DNA of 64,000 nucleotides from an uncultured Chloroflexia bacterium (lineage in GTDB: Bacteria > Chloroflexota > Limnocylindria > Limnocylindrales > CSP1-4), in assembly GCA_963837215.1 (NCBI GenBank), contig CAWIML010000007.1, forward strand, positions 459,284 through 523,283, given 5' to 3'. The translations under genes and the position numbers were made by a program. Position 1 is the stretch's first letter, and every line of letters starts with the position of its first letter. Below are positions 1 to 9,887 of the stretch, in pieces. The notes under the pieces were generated by a model. It searched no databases. It saw nothing but the letters and a program-made list of their open reading frames with translations, and had not been told where the DNA came from.

Positions 1-759
1 TACCTGCGGGGCGAAGAGGCCGATGCCCTGCGACTGGCGTCCGCGGCCCGCGACGCGGCTCGCGGCCTGGTGCGCGTGGACGACCCCGCCTTCTACCACT
101 ACCAGCTCGCCGAGCTGGCGCGCCTGACCGGCGAAGCCGACCTGGCTCGGCGCGAGCTCAAGGCAGGCCTGGCGCTGGCGCCCGACGACCTCCGCCTGCT
201 GCTTGCCTCCGCGCGGCTCGATGCGGCCACAGGCCGGCCCGAGGATGCCATCCGTGACCTCCGTCGGGCGACCTCGATCGTTCCCTCGCCCGAGTCGCTT
301 GCTCTGCTGGGCGACCTGCTGGCGCTGCGTGGCGACGACGCCGACGCGCAGGCCGCCTTCGGGACGGTCGCCGCTATCGAGCAACTGGCCGATGCGACGG
401 GAGGCGTCTTCGACCGCCAGCTGGCCCTCTTCGACCTCGACCACGGGCGGGCGGACCCGGCGCTCGTCGCGCGACTACGTGACTCGCTCGCGGCGCGGCA
501 GGACGCATACGGGCACGACCTCCTGGCCTGGGCCCTGCATCGGACAGGCCAGAGCGATGCGGCAGCCAGCGAGGCGGACGCCGCGCTCGCGAATGGCATC
601 CGCGACGCACGGATCCTCTATCACGCCGGAGTCATCGCGCTGACCCAAGGTCGGGTCGACGTCGGGCGCGCCCGACTGGCGGAGGCCCTGGCGCGTTCGA
701 CGGCCCTTGCGCCGAGCGAGATCGCGGACGCGACCGCGCTGCTTGAGCGACGACCGTGA
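1..759 (+). CDS. TPR-like helical-repeat protein (5' end upstream of window)
   Basis: Frame 1 is open from nt 1 (track ORF 70..759). It has Ala/Leu/Arg/Asp-rich helical repeats of about 34 aa (ELKAGLALAPDDLRLLLASARLDAATGRPEDAIRDLRRA). TGA 757-759 overlaps GTG 756 of the next gene. Confidence 0.6.
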   Translation, partial: YLRGEEADALRLASAARDAARGLVRVDDPAFYHYQLAELARLTGEADLARRELKAGLALAPDDLRLLLASARLDAATGRPEDAIRDLRRATSIVPSPESLALLGDLLALRGDDADAQAAFGTVAAIEQLADATGGVFDRQLALFDLDHGRADPALVARLRDSLAARQDAYGHDLLAWALHRTGQSDAAASEADAALANGIRDARILYHAGVIALTQGRVDVGRARLAEALARSTALAPSEIADATALLERRP

Positions 760-2425
760 CGGGCACGCGCCGACGCCTCGGCGGCCTCGCACTCATCGCG
801 GGGTGCCTCCTGGTGCTGGTCGTGCCGGCCGCGACCCTGGCACACCCACTCGGCAACTTCACCATCAACCACTACTCAAGGCTGCGCGTCGCCCAAGACC
901 GGATCACGGTCGACCAGGTCTTCGACCTGGCCGAGATCCCCGCCCTCCAGGCGCTCCAGCCGACGGATGGCGGTTTCGGACCGGGCGGCGCGGACGGCTA
1001 CGCGCGCAGCCGCTGCACCGAGCTGGCCTCGGCGCTGACGATGACGGTCGATGGGGCCCGGCAGGAACTGGCGCTCGATCGGTGCGGGCGCCGCGCTGCC
1101 GCTCGGGCAGGGCGGCCTGAGCACGCTGCGCCTCGTCTGCACCTACGAGACCAGCCGTCGAGATCGCCGTCTCGGGGTCGATCAACGTGCGGCTTCGTGG
1201 ACGGGACCTTCGCCGAGCGCATCGGCTGGCGCGAGATGGTGGTCGAGGCGGATGGCGTGACCGTGCAGAGCGGCGACGTGCCGAAGCGCGACGTCTCTGC
1301 TCGCCTGACGCGATATCCGGGCGACCTCGTGTCGCAGCCGCTCGACCGCTCGTCGGTGGCCTTCGCGGTCACCGACGGAGGGCCCAGGCTGCCGCCGCTG
1401 GTGGTCACGGACGCCACGCCGCTCGACCGCGGCGGAGCGGCCGGCGGACCGCTGACCCGTCCCTCGACGATGCTGCCCGAGCCCGCGGCGGTCGCCTCGG
1501 TGCCCGGCGGCGTGACGGAGCTGCCGCGGCAGCTGACCGAGCTCCTCCGCAGCGACGCCCTCACCCCACCGCTGATCGCGATCGGGCTGCTCGTCGCCAT
1601 CGGGCTCGGCGCCCTCCACGCGCTGACGCCCGGACACGGCAAGACCATCATGGCCGCCTACCTGGTCGGGACGCGCGGTGACGCCGCGCAGGCGATCGGG
1701 CTCGGCGCGACGGTGGCCATCTCGCACACCATCGGCGTCCTGGTCCTTGCCATGCTCGTCCTCGGGGCGTCGAGCGTCCTGCCACCCGAGCGCCTTTTCC
1801 CGATCCTGAGCGGCATCTCGGCGGTGCTCGTGACCGCCATCGGCGCCTGGCTCCTCCTCGACGCGATCCGCCGCATCCGAGGGCATCGCGCCCACGCGCA
1901 CGCGCACGCGGACGATGAACCTCATGCACACCACGACGACGCCACGGCGCCGACGAACGGCAACCCGCGCGAGCCACGAGCACGGCGGGATCCGCCACAG
2001 CCACGCACTGCCGGTGGCGGCCGGTCGGCCGATCCGCTGGCGAGGCATCGTGACCCTCGGCCTGGCGGGTGGGCTGATCCCGTCGGCCTCGGCCATCCTG
2101 CTCCTGTTGGGCGCTGTCGCGTCGGGGCGTCCGGTCCTCGGGCTCGGCTTGGTGGTCGCCTTCGGCCTGGGCATGGCGGGTGTCCTCGGGATCATCGGGC
2201 TCCTGCTGGTTCGCGCACGCAGCCTGGCCGAGCGATTGCCCTCGCTGGCACGGGACGGCCGGCTCGCCCTGGCCACGTCGATGGCGGCCGCGACCGTCGT
2301 CCTCGGCTTCGGGCTTGCTGCTCGCCGGCCAGTCGTTTCGCGACGCTCCCTCTCTAGCATCGGCATTCGCCGATCGGGGCTCGTCGGTCGTCTCGCTGCG
2401 GCGGCCCCTGATGGCCGGCGGGTAG
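756..2425 (+). pseudogene. RcnA/NicO-like nickel/cobalt efflux membrane protein with N-terminal secreted domain; frame interrupted as assembled
   Basis: Signal peptide plus AHPLGNFTINHY. TM core LHALTPGHGKTIMAAYLVG. His-rich loop HRAHAHAHADDEPHAHHDD...HEHGGIRHSH. The C-terminal TM half (GIVTLGLAGGLIPSASAILLLLGAV) lies in frame 1 (track ORF 1915..), not in the frame of ORF 756..2357. Family-typical segments GAGAALPLGQGGLSTLRLVCTYETS (frame 1) and PAVEIAVSGSINVR (frame 2) imply further shifts near 1078, 1150 and 1190. The 3' end is uncertain (2357 or 2425). Confidence 0.7.
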
Positions 2426-2428
2426 ACT
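2423..2428 (+). promoter_or_regulatory. -10-like hexamer TAGACT, 6 nt upstream of tmk ATG (leaderless-type start)
   Basis: TAGACT-tcgacg-ATG(2435). The same geometry occurs at six other starts in the window. Confidence 0.45.
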
Positions 2429-2434
2429 TCGACG

Positions 2435-3139
2435 ATGACCACGACCGATCCCGAGGGGCTCGCGACCGCCGGCCGCTTCGTGACCTTCGAGGGGCCCGAC
2501 GGCGCAGGCAAGAGCGCCGTCTCGACGGCCGTGGCACGAGCGTTCGCCTCGAGCGGCCCGACCCCGACCGTCGTGCGCGAGCCCGGCGGGACACCGCTCG
2601 GCGAGGCCATCCGAGCCATCCTCATGGACGCGCGGATGCAGGCCTCCGGCCGCGCCGATGCATTGCTCTTCAACGCTGCACGCGCCCAGCTGGTGACCAT
2701 GATCATCCGGCCGGCGCTGGCCCGCGGCGAGCTCGTGATCTGCGATCGCTATGCCGATTCGACGCTTGCCTACCAGGGCTACGGCAGTGGCGTGCCGCTC
2801 GACGAGCTGCGCGCGATGGCGGCCGTCTCGACCGGCGGCCTGGTGCCGGATCGCACGATCCTCTTCGATGTCCCTGTCACGCTCGGCCTCGAGCGTCGGC
2901 GCCACGGACCAGACGACCAGCAGACACGCTTCGAGGACGTCAGCCGCCACGACCGAGCCTTCCACGAGCGGGTCCGCTCGGGATACCTGGCGATGGCCGC
3001 TGCGGATCCGGTGCGGTGGCGGATCGTCGATGCGGCGCAACCGCTGGAGCGACTGGTCGACGATGTCATCGACGCCCTCGCCGACTTGCCGGCGCTGCCG
3101 CGGAGTGAACCGGATGCGGCGCCGGTGCGCACAGGTTGA
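2435..3139 (+). CDS. tmk: Thymidylate kinase
   Basis: 234-aa intact ORF with P-loop FEGPDGAGKS, REPGGTPLGE and CDRYADSTLAYQG. TAGACT at 2423-2428 lies 6 nt upstream of the ATG. Confidence 0.95.
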   Translation: MTTTDPEGLATAGRFVTFEGPDGAGKSAVSTAVARAFASSGPTPTVVREPGGTPLGEAIRAILMDARMQASGRADALLFNAARAQLVTMIIRPALARGELVICDRYADSTLAYQGYGSGVPLDELRAMAAVSTGGLVPDRTILFDVPVTLGLERRRHGPDDQQTRFEDVSRHDRAFHERVRSGYLAMAAADPVRWRIVDAAQPLERLVDDVIDALADLPALPRSEPDAAPVRTG

Positions 3140-3208
3140 TGGAGCCGACCACGGCGGTCGACGCTCCCGTCGGACGACGACGCCTCGGCGACGACCGACG
3201 AACAGCTC

Positions 3209-3751
3209 ATGGCACGGGTCGCCGACCTCGACCCCTCTGCGATCGAAGCACTCTACGAGCGATACAGCAGCATGGCCTTCGGACTCGCGACCCGTATCAC
3301 CAGGGACCCGGCACTCGCCGAGGATGTCGTCCAGGACGCCTTCATCGGCGTCTGGCGGAGCGCCTCGCGGTACGCCGGTTCGCGCGCCAGCGCGCGGACC
3401 TGGCTCCTGTCCATCGTCCATCATCGGGCCATCGACGCCGTCCGGCGTCGCAGGCCGACGATCGAGCTGCCCGAGTCCGATGCAGCCTCGCCACGCTCGC
3501 TCGTCGTCGACGACGCCTGGCCAGAAGTGGTCGGCCGACTCGACCGGGCGGCCATCGCCGATGCCCTGGCGACGCTCTCCGAGGTGCAGCGCGAAGCGAT
3601 CGAGCTGGCCTACTTCGGAGGCCTGACCCAGATCGAGATCGCCGAGCGGACGGCCGTGCCGCTGGGCACCGTCAAGAGCCGCGTTCGGCTGGGATTGCTC
3701 GCCCTTCGTGAGGCGCTCGATGCCGCCGAGCGCGTGGAGCGCGGACGATGA
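3209..3751 (+). CDS. ECF (sigma-70 family) RNA polymerase sigma factor
   Basis: Region 2 (DVVQDAFIGVWRSASRY) and region 4 HTH (GGLTQIEIAERTAVPLGTVKSRVRLG). ATGA overlap with the downstream anti-sigma gene. Confidence 0.9.
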   Translation: MARVADLDPSAIEALYERYSSMAFGLATRITRDPALAEDVVQDAFIGVWRSASRYAGSRASARTWLLSIVHHRAIDAVRRRRPTIELPESDAASPRSLVVDDAWPEVVGRLDRAAIADALATLSEVQREAIELAYFGGLTQIEIAERTAVPLGTVKSRVRLGLLALREALDAAERVERGR

Positions 3752-4568
3752 CCGAGCCGCGCCGCCTCGACTGCGCCGAGGTCGCCGACCTGGCGCCGCT
3801 CTTCGTCCTCGAGGCGCTGGCCCCCGACGAGATGGCGGCCGTGCGTGCGCACCTCGCGTCCTGCCCCGAGGCTCACGCTGAGCTGGCCGCGTTCGGCGGC
3901 ACGGTGGCTTACCTCGCCGAGCTGGCCGAGCCGATCGAGCCGCCTGCGACGCTCAAGGGCCGGCTGATGGCCGCCGTGGCCGCGGACCTGGGCGACCGCA
4001 GCGCGCCGTCGCGAGCCCATCGGACGGTGGTGCGCCGGACCCGGAGTCCGCCTCCGCCACCCCGGTCTCCCTGGACACGGAGCGTGCGCGGCGGCGTCCG
4101 TCGTTCCTTCGCGTGGCCTTTGCGGCCGCGGCCGTCCTGCTCATCGTGGTGCTGGGAGCATCCAACCTGGCCCTGCGCGGCGAGGTGAACGATGCCGAGC
4201 GACAGGCCATGCTGATGCGCGATGCGATCGCCGCCGCCGGCCTTCCCGGCGCGCGCGTGGCCAGCGTCACCGGCACGGACGTCCAGCCCGACGCGTCAGG
4301 CTTCGTCGTGCTGGCTGCAAAGGGGCCGGGCTACCTGGCCGTCGATGGCCTCAGCGTTCCGCCCGCCGGTCAGACGTATGAGGCTTGGACCATCGGCGCC
4401 GACGGCGTGCCGCTGCCAGCTGGTCTCGCCTCGCCTTCGAACGGGTTGCTCGTCATGCAGCTGCCGCCGAGCTCGTCCGCACAGGTTGTCGCTCTGACCA
4501 TCGAGCCGGTCGGTGGGTCCGACACGCCCACGATGCCTCTCCAGGCCGCCGGAGAACTGGGCAGCTAG
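3748..4568 (+). pseudogene. Membrane anti-sigma factor (zf-HC2 N-terminus, RskA-like C-terminal domain); frame interrupted as assembled
   Basis: N part is in frame 1 (APLFVLEALAPDEMAAVRAHLASCPEAH). The TM and extracytoplasmic part is in frame 3 (SFLRVAFAAAAVLLIVVLGA...QTYEAWTIGADGVPLPAG...VALTIEPVGGS; track ORF 4113..4568). Junction about 3990-4060. Confidence 0.8.
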
Positions 4569-5615
4569 GTCCGCTCGATGACCGTACCGGGGGCGGTCGC
4601 CTTGGCGCTGTGGAGAGCTTCATCCACGGCCGCCAGGAGCTCGTCCGCGCTGGCGCCATCCTCGGGAAAGCGGACCACACCGGCGGAGAGCGTCAGCTGG
4701 GGGCCGCCATCGATGGGGTCGAGGCCGGCGACCGCCCGGACGACACGCTGGGCGACCGTCGATCCCGCCGAACCCGGCGCCAGGACGATGAACTCGTCGC
4801 CGCCGTAGCGCGCGACCGTATCCACCAGGCGGACGGAGTCGGCGAGCGTGGCCGCCACGCGTCGCAGCACGTCGTCGCCGACGTCCGCCCCATGGCGTGC
4901 GCGAGATCGTGCCGAGGCCGTCGATGTCGAAGAGCACGAGGCTGAGAGGAGTGGCCTGGCGACCGGCACGCGCCAGCTCCAGGTCGAGCATGCGGTCGAA
5001 GGTGCGCCGATTCGCGAGACCCGTCAGCGGGTCGGTGTGGGCGAGTCGGTCATACCAGTCGGAGCGCTCGACCAGTGCCTGCTCGAGTCGCGCGGCACGC
5101 ACGGCGGATGCGGCCAGGTCGCCGATGGCGTCGAGGCCGCCGATGAGATCCGCCGCCTCCGCGGCGTCCATGGGCTCGTTCGGCAGGCCGACGACGAGCA
5201 GGCCCTGGACCTCCTGGGCGCCGGTCCCATCCTGGGTCACGAGGGGAACGAGGCCCATGGCAGAGATGTCACCGCCGGTGGCTGCCAGTGCGACCCGCAT
5301 GTCGGCCGTCACCGGCACGATCTCACTCCGACGGGCGAGGACTGCGGATGCCACCGGGTCGCCGGCATCGGACGCAGCCGTGACCGAGAGTGGCGGGACG
5401 GGCTCGACGGCCAGGTCGCCGATGCCGGCACTGCCACCGGCGAGGAGGACGCCATGCTCACCATCGAGCAGGTAGATGAGGCAGCTCGAGCCGTTCGTCA
5501 CGGCACAGGCCGCGGCCGCCAGCCCGTCGAGCTGTTCATCGAGCGTGCCAGCGCGGGCGAGGAGCCGCGCGCCTGAGGCCAGGGCCGCAAGGCGTCCGTC
5601 GGGATGGATGGTCAC
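4565..5615 (-). pseudogene. GAF-domain diguanylate cyclase (GGDEF); frame interrupted as assembled
   Basis: N part is ORF 4620..5615 (GAF-like, then DPLTGLANRRTF...LSLVLFDIDG). C part is ORF 4565..4969 (HGADVGDDVLRRVA...ARYGGDEFIVL). Junction about 4905. GGAGGG lies 11 nt upstream of GTG 5615. The stop shares CTAG with the anti-sigma stop. Confidence 0.85.
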
Positions 5616-5708
5616 GATCGAAGGGTCCCTCCGTGGCAGGCGCCGGACCGAGTGTCGACCGACGCGCCAAGGTCATGATACGCGTGTCGCTCGACCCGCC
5701 CGCCTGCG

Positions 5709-5714
5709 TATACT
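5709..5714 (+). promoter_or_regulatory. -10-like hexamer TATACT, 6 nt upstream of darA GTG
   Basis: TATACT-cgcggc-GTG(5721). Part of the 13-mer CGTATACTCGCGG that recurs at 6716-6728. Confidence 0.45.
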
Positions 5715-5720
5715 CGCGGC

Positions 5721-6050
5721 GTGAAGCTTGTCGTCGCCATCGTCCATAACGAGGACGCCGGCGCACTCGTCTCGGCGCTCCTCGAGAAGGACTACCGGGC
5801 GACACGCCTTCACTCATCGGGTGGCTTCCTCCGCCAGTCGAACGCGACGGTCATGCTCGGTGTCGAGGACGACCAGGTCGACGAGGTCCTCTCGATCGTG
5901 CGCACGAATTGCATCTCCCGCACGCAGGTCGTCAACCCCATGCCGCCGATCATGGAGCCCGGCGAGTTCTTCATGCCCTATCCGGTCGAGGTCGAGCTGG
6001 GTGGCGCGACCGTCTTCGTCCTGCCCGTCGATCGGTTCGAGCGGCTCTAG
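5721..6050 (+). CDS. darA: PII-like cyclic-di-AMP receptor (DarA/PstA/YaaQ family, DUF970)
   Basis: 109 aa. It follows my recollection of B. subtilis YaaQ end to end (MKLVVAIV...SSGGFLRQSNATVMLGVED...PYPVEVELGGATVFVLPVDRFE). TATACT at 5709-5714 lies 6 nt upstream of GTG 5721. Confidence 0.85.
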   Translation: MKLVVAIVHNEDAGALVSALLEKDYRATRLHSSGGFLRQSNATVMLGVEDDQVDEVLSIVRTNCISRTQVVNPMPPIMEPGEFFMPYPVEVELGGATVFVLPVDRFERL

Positions 6051-6077
6051 CGCGGCGGCAGATGCCGTGACCGCGCC

Positions 6078-6680
6078 GTGGTTCGAACGTCTCGAAGCAG
6101 GTGCAAGGCCGAGGTGAGCCCGATCCGCCCGGATCTTGTCGAGTGCTGGGTCTTCCGCCAGACGGGCGGCGGCGACGACTCGGGCAGCCCCGACTCCAGC
6201 GGCCCACGGCCCGATGGCCCCAGGTCCGGTGGCCTTGGCACAGGCGAGCCCGAGTTCCTGCTCATCCATCGTGCACCGGGGCGCATCTTCCCGGGCCTCT
6301 GGCAGTGCGTCACGGGCGGCCCGGAGCCAGGCGAGCGGATCCCGAGGGCTGCCCTGCGCGAGGTGGCCGAGGAGACGGGCATCGGGCCGGATGACATCGA
6401 GGCGTTCTACGACCTCGACATGGTCTCGTCGTTCTATGACGAAGGCCCGGACGCCATCGTCAGCGGCGCCATCTTCGCCCTGCGGGTGCGCGCGGATGTC
6501 GAGCCACGGCTGTCCCACGAGCACGACGACTTCCGATGGGCGGCCGCCGATGAGGCCAGGACGATGGCGGTCTGGCCGACGTATGCCGAGTGCATCGATC
6601 GCATCGGGCGCTGCCTCCTGCGGCCGGCCGATGCTCGCTGGTTCGAGCTCGACCTCGAAGGCCACCGCCTGATGCGCTGA
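6078..6680 (+). CDS. NUDIX hydrolase
   Basis: Nudix box GGPEPGERIPRAALREVAEETG. Low-complexity Gly/Ser/Pro insert near the N-terminus. Start uncertain. Confidence 0.8.
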   Translation: MVRTSRSRCKAEVSPIRPDLVECWVFRQTGGGDDSGSPDSSGPRPDGPRSGGLGTGEPEFLLIHRAPGRIFPGLWQCVTGGPEPGERIPRAALREVAEETGIGPDDIEAFYDLDMVSSFYDEGPDAIVSGAIFALRVRADVEPRLSHEHDDFRWAAADEARTMAVWPTYAECIDRIGRCLLRPADARWFELDLEGHRLMR

Positions 6681-6717
6681 CGTCGCAGCGGCTCGCGCCG
6701 GCTCATCTCCCGGCCCG

Positions 6718-6723
6718 TATACT
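6718..6723 (+). promoter_or_regulatory. -10-like hexamer TATACT upstream of guaB3 (short leader with AGGAG)
   Basis: Same 13-mer CGTATACTCGCGG as at darA. AGGAG at 6741-6745, GTG at 6757. Confidence 0.4.
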
Positions 6724-6756
6724 CGCGGTCAAGTCGCAGCAGGAGCGTCGATCGAC

Positions 6757-7947
6757 GTGACGTCCGAAGCCACCTACGCCGGTCCCCTGGTCCTGGACGC
6801 ACCACCCACACGCCGGCCCTCGAAGGTGGATTCGCTCCGACGGACGTATGGCTTCGACGACGTCTCGCTGGCGCCCGGCACCTCGACCGTCGAGCCTGCC
6901 GACGTCCAGACCGCCGTCGAGCTGGCGGGCATCCCGCTGGCGATCCCCATCCTGGCGTCAGCCATGGACGCCGTCGTCGATGCCCGATTCGCCGGCGAGC
7001 TGGCGAGGCTCGGCGGCCTGGCCGTCCTCAATCTCGAAGGTGTCCAGGCCCGCTACGACGACCCGGACACGGTCATCGAGCGGATCGCGACCGCGGACGA
7101 TGCCGACGTCCAGGCCCTCCTTGCCGAAGCCTACGCGGCGCCCATCCAGGAGGCGCTGGTGGCACGGCGCATCGAGGCCATTCGTGCCACGGGGTCGCGC
7201 GTGGCGATCGCTGCCACGCCCGCGGCCGCGCAACGCTGGGGCCCGTTCTGCGCCGATCACGGCGCCGACCTCTTCCTGGTCCAGTCGCAGGTCTCCTCGG
7301 CGCGACACCTCGCGACGGGCTATGACCCGCTCGACCTCGACGAGTTCGTGCAGGCGATGCCCATCCCGGTGGCGTGCGGCAATACCACGAACTTCGAGGC
7401 CGCCTATCAGCTCATGCACCAGGGCGTCGCGGCGGTCTTCGTCGGCGTCGGCCCGGGCGCCGCGTGCACCACGCGCGAGGTGCTCGGCATCGGCGTGCCC
7501 CAGGTGACCGCCATCAGCGATGTGGCGGCGGCGCGCGATACGTACCACGACGAGACGGGCGACTATGTCCCGGTCGTGGCCGACGGCGGCATGCGCCGCG
7601 GGGGCGAGCTGGCCAAAGCCATCGCGGCTGGTGCCGACGCGCTGATGATCGGTTCCCCACTCGCTCGTGCCGAAGAGGCGCCGGGCCGCGGCACGAGCTG
7701 GGGCATGGCCGCGCCCTCCCCGACGCTGCCGCGCGGGATGCGCATCAAGGTCGGCACGATCGGTTCGCTCGAGCGCATCCTCTTCGGCCCGGCCCAGGTC
7801 ACCGATGGCTCCGAAAACCTGGTCGGCGCCCTGTGCCAGTCGATGGCCGCCCTCGGCGCCCGCACGATCCGCGAGATGCAACAGGTCGAGATGGTCTACG
7901 CGCCAGCCGTTGCCGTCGAGGGCAAGTCCTGGCAGCGAGGCCGCTGA
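6757..7947 (+). CDS. guaB3: GuaB3-type IMP dehydrogenase-related protein (no CBS pair)
   Basis: 396 aa. Resembles mycobacterial GuaB3 as I recall it ([34 protein letters not shown]...[14 protein letters not shown]). AGGAG lies 11 nt upstream of GTG 6757. TATACT at 6718-6723. Confidence 0.85.
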   Translation: MTSEATYAGPLVLDAPPTRRPSKVDSLRRTYGFDDVSLAPGTSTVEPADVQTAVELAGIPLAIPILASAMDAVVDARFAGELARLGGLAVLNLEGVQARYDDPDTVIERIATADDADVQALLAEAYAAPIQEALVARRIEAIRATGSRVAIAATPAAAQRWGPFCADHGADLFLVQSQVSSARHLATGYDPLDLDEFVQAMPIPVACGNTTNFEAAYQLMHQGVAAVFVGVGPGAACTTREVLGIGVPQVTAISDVAAARDTYHDETGDYVPVVADGGMRRGGELAKAIAAGADALMIGSPLARAEEAPGRGTSWGMAAPSPTLPRGMRIKVGTIGSLERILFGPAQVTDGSENLVGALCQSMAALGARTIREMQQVEMVYAPAVAVEGKSWQRGR

Positions 7948-7969
7948 CCAAGGTCGGGGCCGAGGGAGC

Positions 7970-9664
7970 TCAGGCCGGGTCCGCACGCAGCGGCGGGAAG
8001 CCACGCGGTAGGTCGGCCACGACCAGGCCGAAGAGCGCCTCCGGCCGGTCCACCCCACGCAGCCGGTAGGCACCGAGGGCCACGACCTCCGCATCGATCG
8101 GCAGGTCGTTGCCGAGCGCCTCGACAGCCGCTGAGCTGAGCACGATCTGGCCGCCGTGACCGACCGTGCCGACCCGTGCCGCGCGGTGGATCTCCAGCCC
8201 GACGTAGCCCTCGTCGGTCAGCTCCGGCGCGCCGGTGTGCAACCCGATCCGGAGGCGAACGACCTCGCCGTCCGCCCATTGCCGCACGGCGAGACCACGC
8301 TCGATGGCGAGAGCCGCCTGGACGGCGTTCGACGGCTGCGCAAAGACACCCAGATACTCGTCGGCACGCGCGTCGACCTCGACGCCGCCCGCGCGGCGTA
8401 CGAGGCCGGCCATGAAGCGCCGCACCTCGAGGAGCGTTTCCGGCCATCGATCCCCGAGACGCGTGGCCAGCGCGGTCGAGCCTTCGATGTCGGCGAAGAG
8501 CAGCGTCACGCGACCGCGCGGCAGCCGCCGCGCATCAGCTGTCTGTGCCCGAACGCTCGACTCGAGTCGCTCGCGTTCGACGGCCAGTCGCAGGGCGGTC
8601 GCAGCGGCCGCCAGGACATTCGGTTCAGCGCGCAGCGCGGGGTCGTGGACGATGGCCGCCACCGGTCGTGAACCGTCGTTGACGAGGGTGGCGACCTGGC
8701 CGGCCTGATCGTCGTCGGCGGGCAAGGTGCGCGAGCGACCGTGGCCGTCGAGATACGTGCCCGCCGCATCTGACCAGACGAGCACGCTCAGCCCGTCGTC
8801 GTGGAGGGTCGCGCGAAGTGACCGTTCGATCTCCTCCGGCGAAGCCGCGCGACCGATGGCCAGGGTCAACTCCGCCACGGCCGTCCGGGCGAGTCGGGCA
8901 CGCAGGAAGCCGACGAGGAGCGCGATGGGGACCGCCAGCGAGAAAAGAAAGGCGACGCGCGAGACGACCGCAGCCGAGTCCGGATCGGCGACCGTCAGCG
9001 CCCGACTTGCGACGCCGATCGACTCGAGCACGCCGGCGAAGAGGACGAGCCCGAGCGCCCGCCGGGCGGCCGGCGTCGCCCGCAGCCAACGGAGCAGTAG
9101 GACGACCACGACCGCGGCCCCCAGGATGCCGCTGGTCAGCAGCGCCAGGCGGGTGGCGGCGAGGCTGATCTCGGGCGACTGGACGAGCCGGAATGGATTC
9201 GGCGGGCAGGACAGGCAGTACGGGTCAGCGGTCGTGTCGACGCTTACCAACTGGAGGACGACGAGCAGGGCATACGCGCCGACGATGCAGCCGAAGAGGA
9301 CTCGGGGTGTCCGCCGGCTGAGATGGCCGCTCGGGAAGGCCAGCAACACGTAGGCCAGGATGACCTCGTTGATGCCCAGCAAGGCTCGGCTCAGGACGGC
9401 CACCTCGGGGATGGGAACCGAGCGCGCCATCGCTACCAGGATGCCGCCGCCGACGCCCATCATCAGGCGACCGATGCGATTTTCTGGTCGACGGCGCCAT
9501 GCGATCGCGCCCGCCACGAAGTAGGCGGATGCGATGGCCGCGAATTCCCAGGGCGGCACCACCGTGGCTGGCACCCCGGTCGCTCCGACCCAGCCGAGCA
9601 GGACGGCCGTCAGGACGCCCAGGACAGCGAGCGGGATAGCCAGGGACGCTTGGCGAACCTGCAT
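7970..9664 (-). CDS. Polytopic membrane class III adenylate/guanylate cyclase
   Basis: 564-aa intact ORF. About 6-7 N-terminal TM helices, then a cyclase homology domain (VTLLFADIEGSTALATRLGD...LRIGLHTGAPEL...GLEIHRAARV). Confidence 0.85.
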   Translation of the reverse strand: MQVRQASLAIPLAVLGVLTAVLLGWVGATGVPATVVPPWEFAAIASAYFVAGAIAWRRRPENRIGRLMMGVGGGILVAMARSVPIPEVAVLSRALLGINEVILAYVLLAFPSGHLSRRTPRVLFGCIVGAYALLVVLQLVSVDTTADPYCLSCPPNPFRLVQSPEISLAATRLALLTSGILGAAVVVVLLLRWLRATPAARRALGLVLFAGVLESIGVASRALTVADPDSAAVVSRVAFLFSLAVPIALLVGFLRARLARTAVAELTLAIGRAASPEEIERSLRATLHDDGLSVLVWSDAAGTYLDGHGRSRTLPADDDQAGQVATLVNDGSRPVAAIVHDPALRAEPNVLAAAATALRLAVERERLESSVRAQTADARRLPRGRVTLLFADIEGSTALATRLGDRWPETLLEVRRFMAGLVRRAGGVEVDARADEYLGVFAQPSNAVQAALAIERGLAVRQWADGEVVRLRIGLHTGAPELTDEGYVGLEIHRAARVGTVGHGGQIVLSSAAVEALGNDLPIDAEVVALGAYRLRGVDRPEALFGLVVADLPRGFPPLRADPA

Positions 9665-9887
9665 GTAGGCATCGTGCGCGCTGGTCGGGGCCCTCGTCCA
9701 CCTCGGTGATCGTGTCGATCACCTCGATGATCTTCCCGATCTCGGGGAGTCGGACCGACTCCGCTAGACTTGCCACGGCGTCCATCGACGCCGAAGGAGG
9801 TCAGCGGCCCTGACGGAGCACGATCGACCGACGGTCACCAAGCGCGGTACGACCGTCCATGGTGAGCCCGCCAACGCGGGTCACCGC

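Noticed and set aside
6078-6400. Possible additional frameshift in the Nudix gene because of the Gly/Ser/Pro-rich insert (TGGGDDSGSPDSSGPRPDGPRSGGLGTG).
   Set aside because: The single frame already contains both the N-terminal beta-strand (CWVFRQ) and an intact Nudix box. The alternative frames (6101.., 6136..) give only Arg/Pro/Ala-rich sequence.
9665-9785. Minus-strand peptide [29 protein letters not shown]..., which is reminiscent of a chemoreceptor signalling-domain fragment or an N-terminal extension of the cyclase.
   Set aside because: The resemblance covers only about 15 residues and comes from memory. The expected QTNLLALNA continuation is missing. There is no RBS or -10 box in front of its ATG, and the frame is closed by TGA before the cyclase start. 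It is probably chance or a very decayed remnant.
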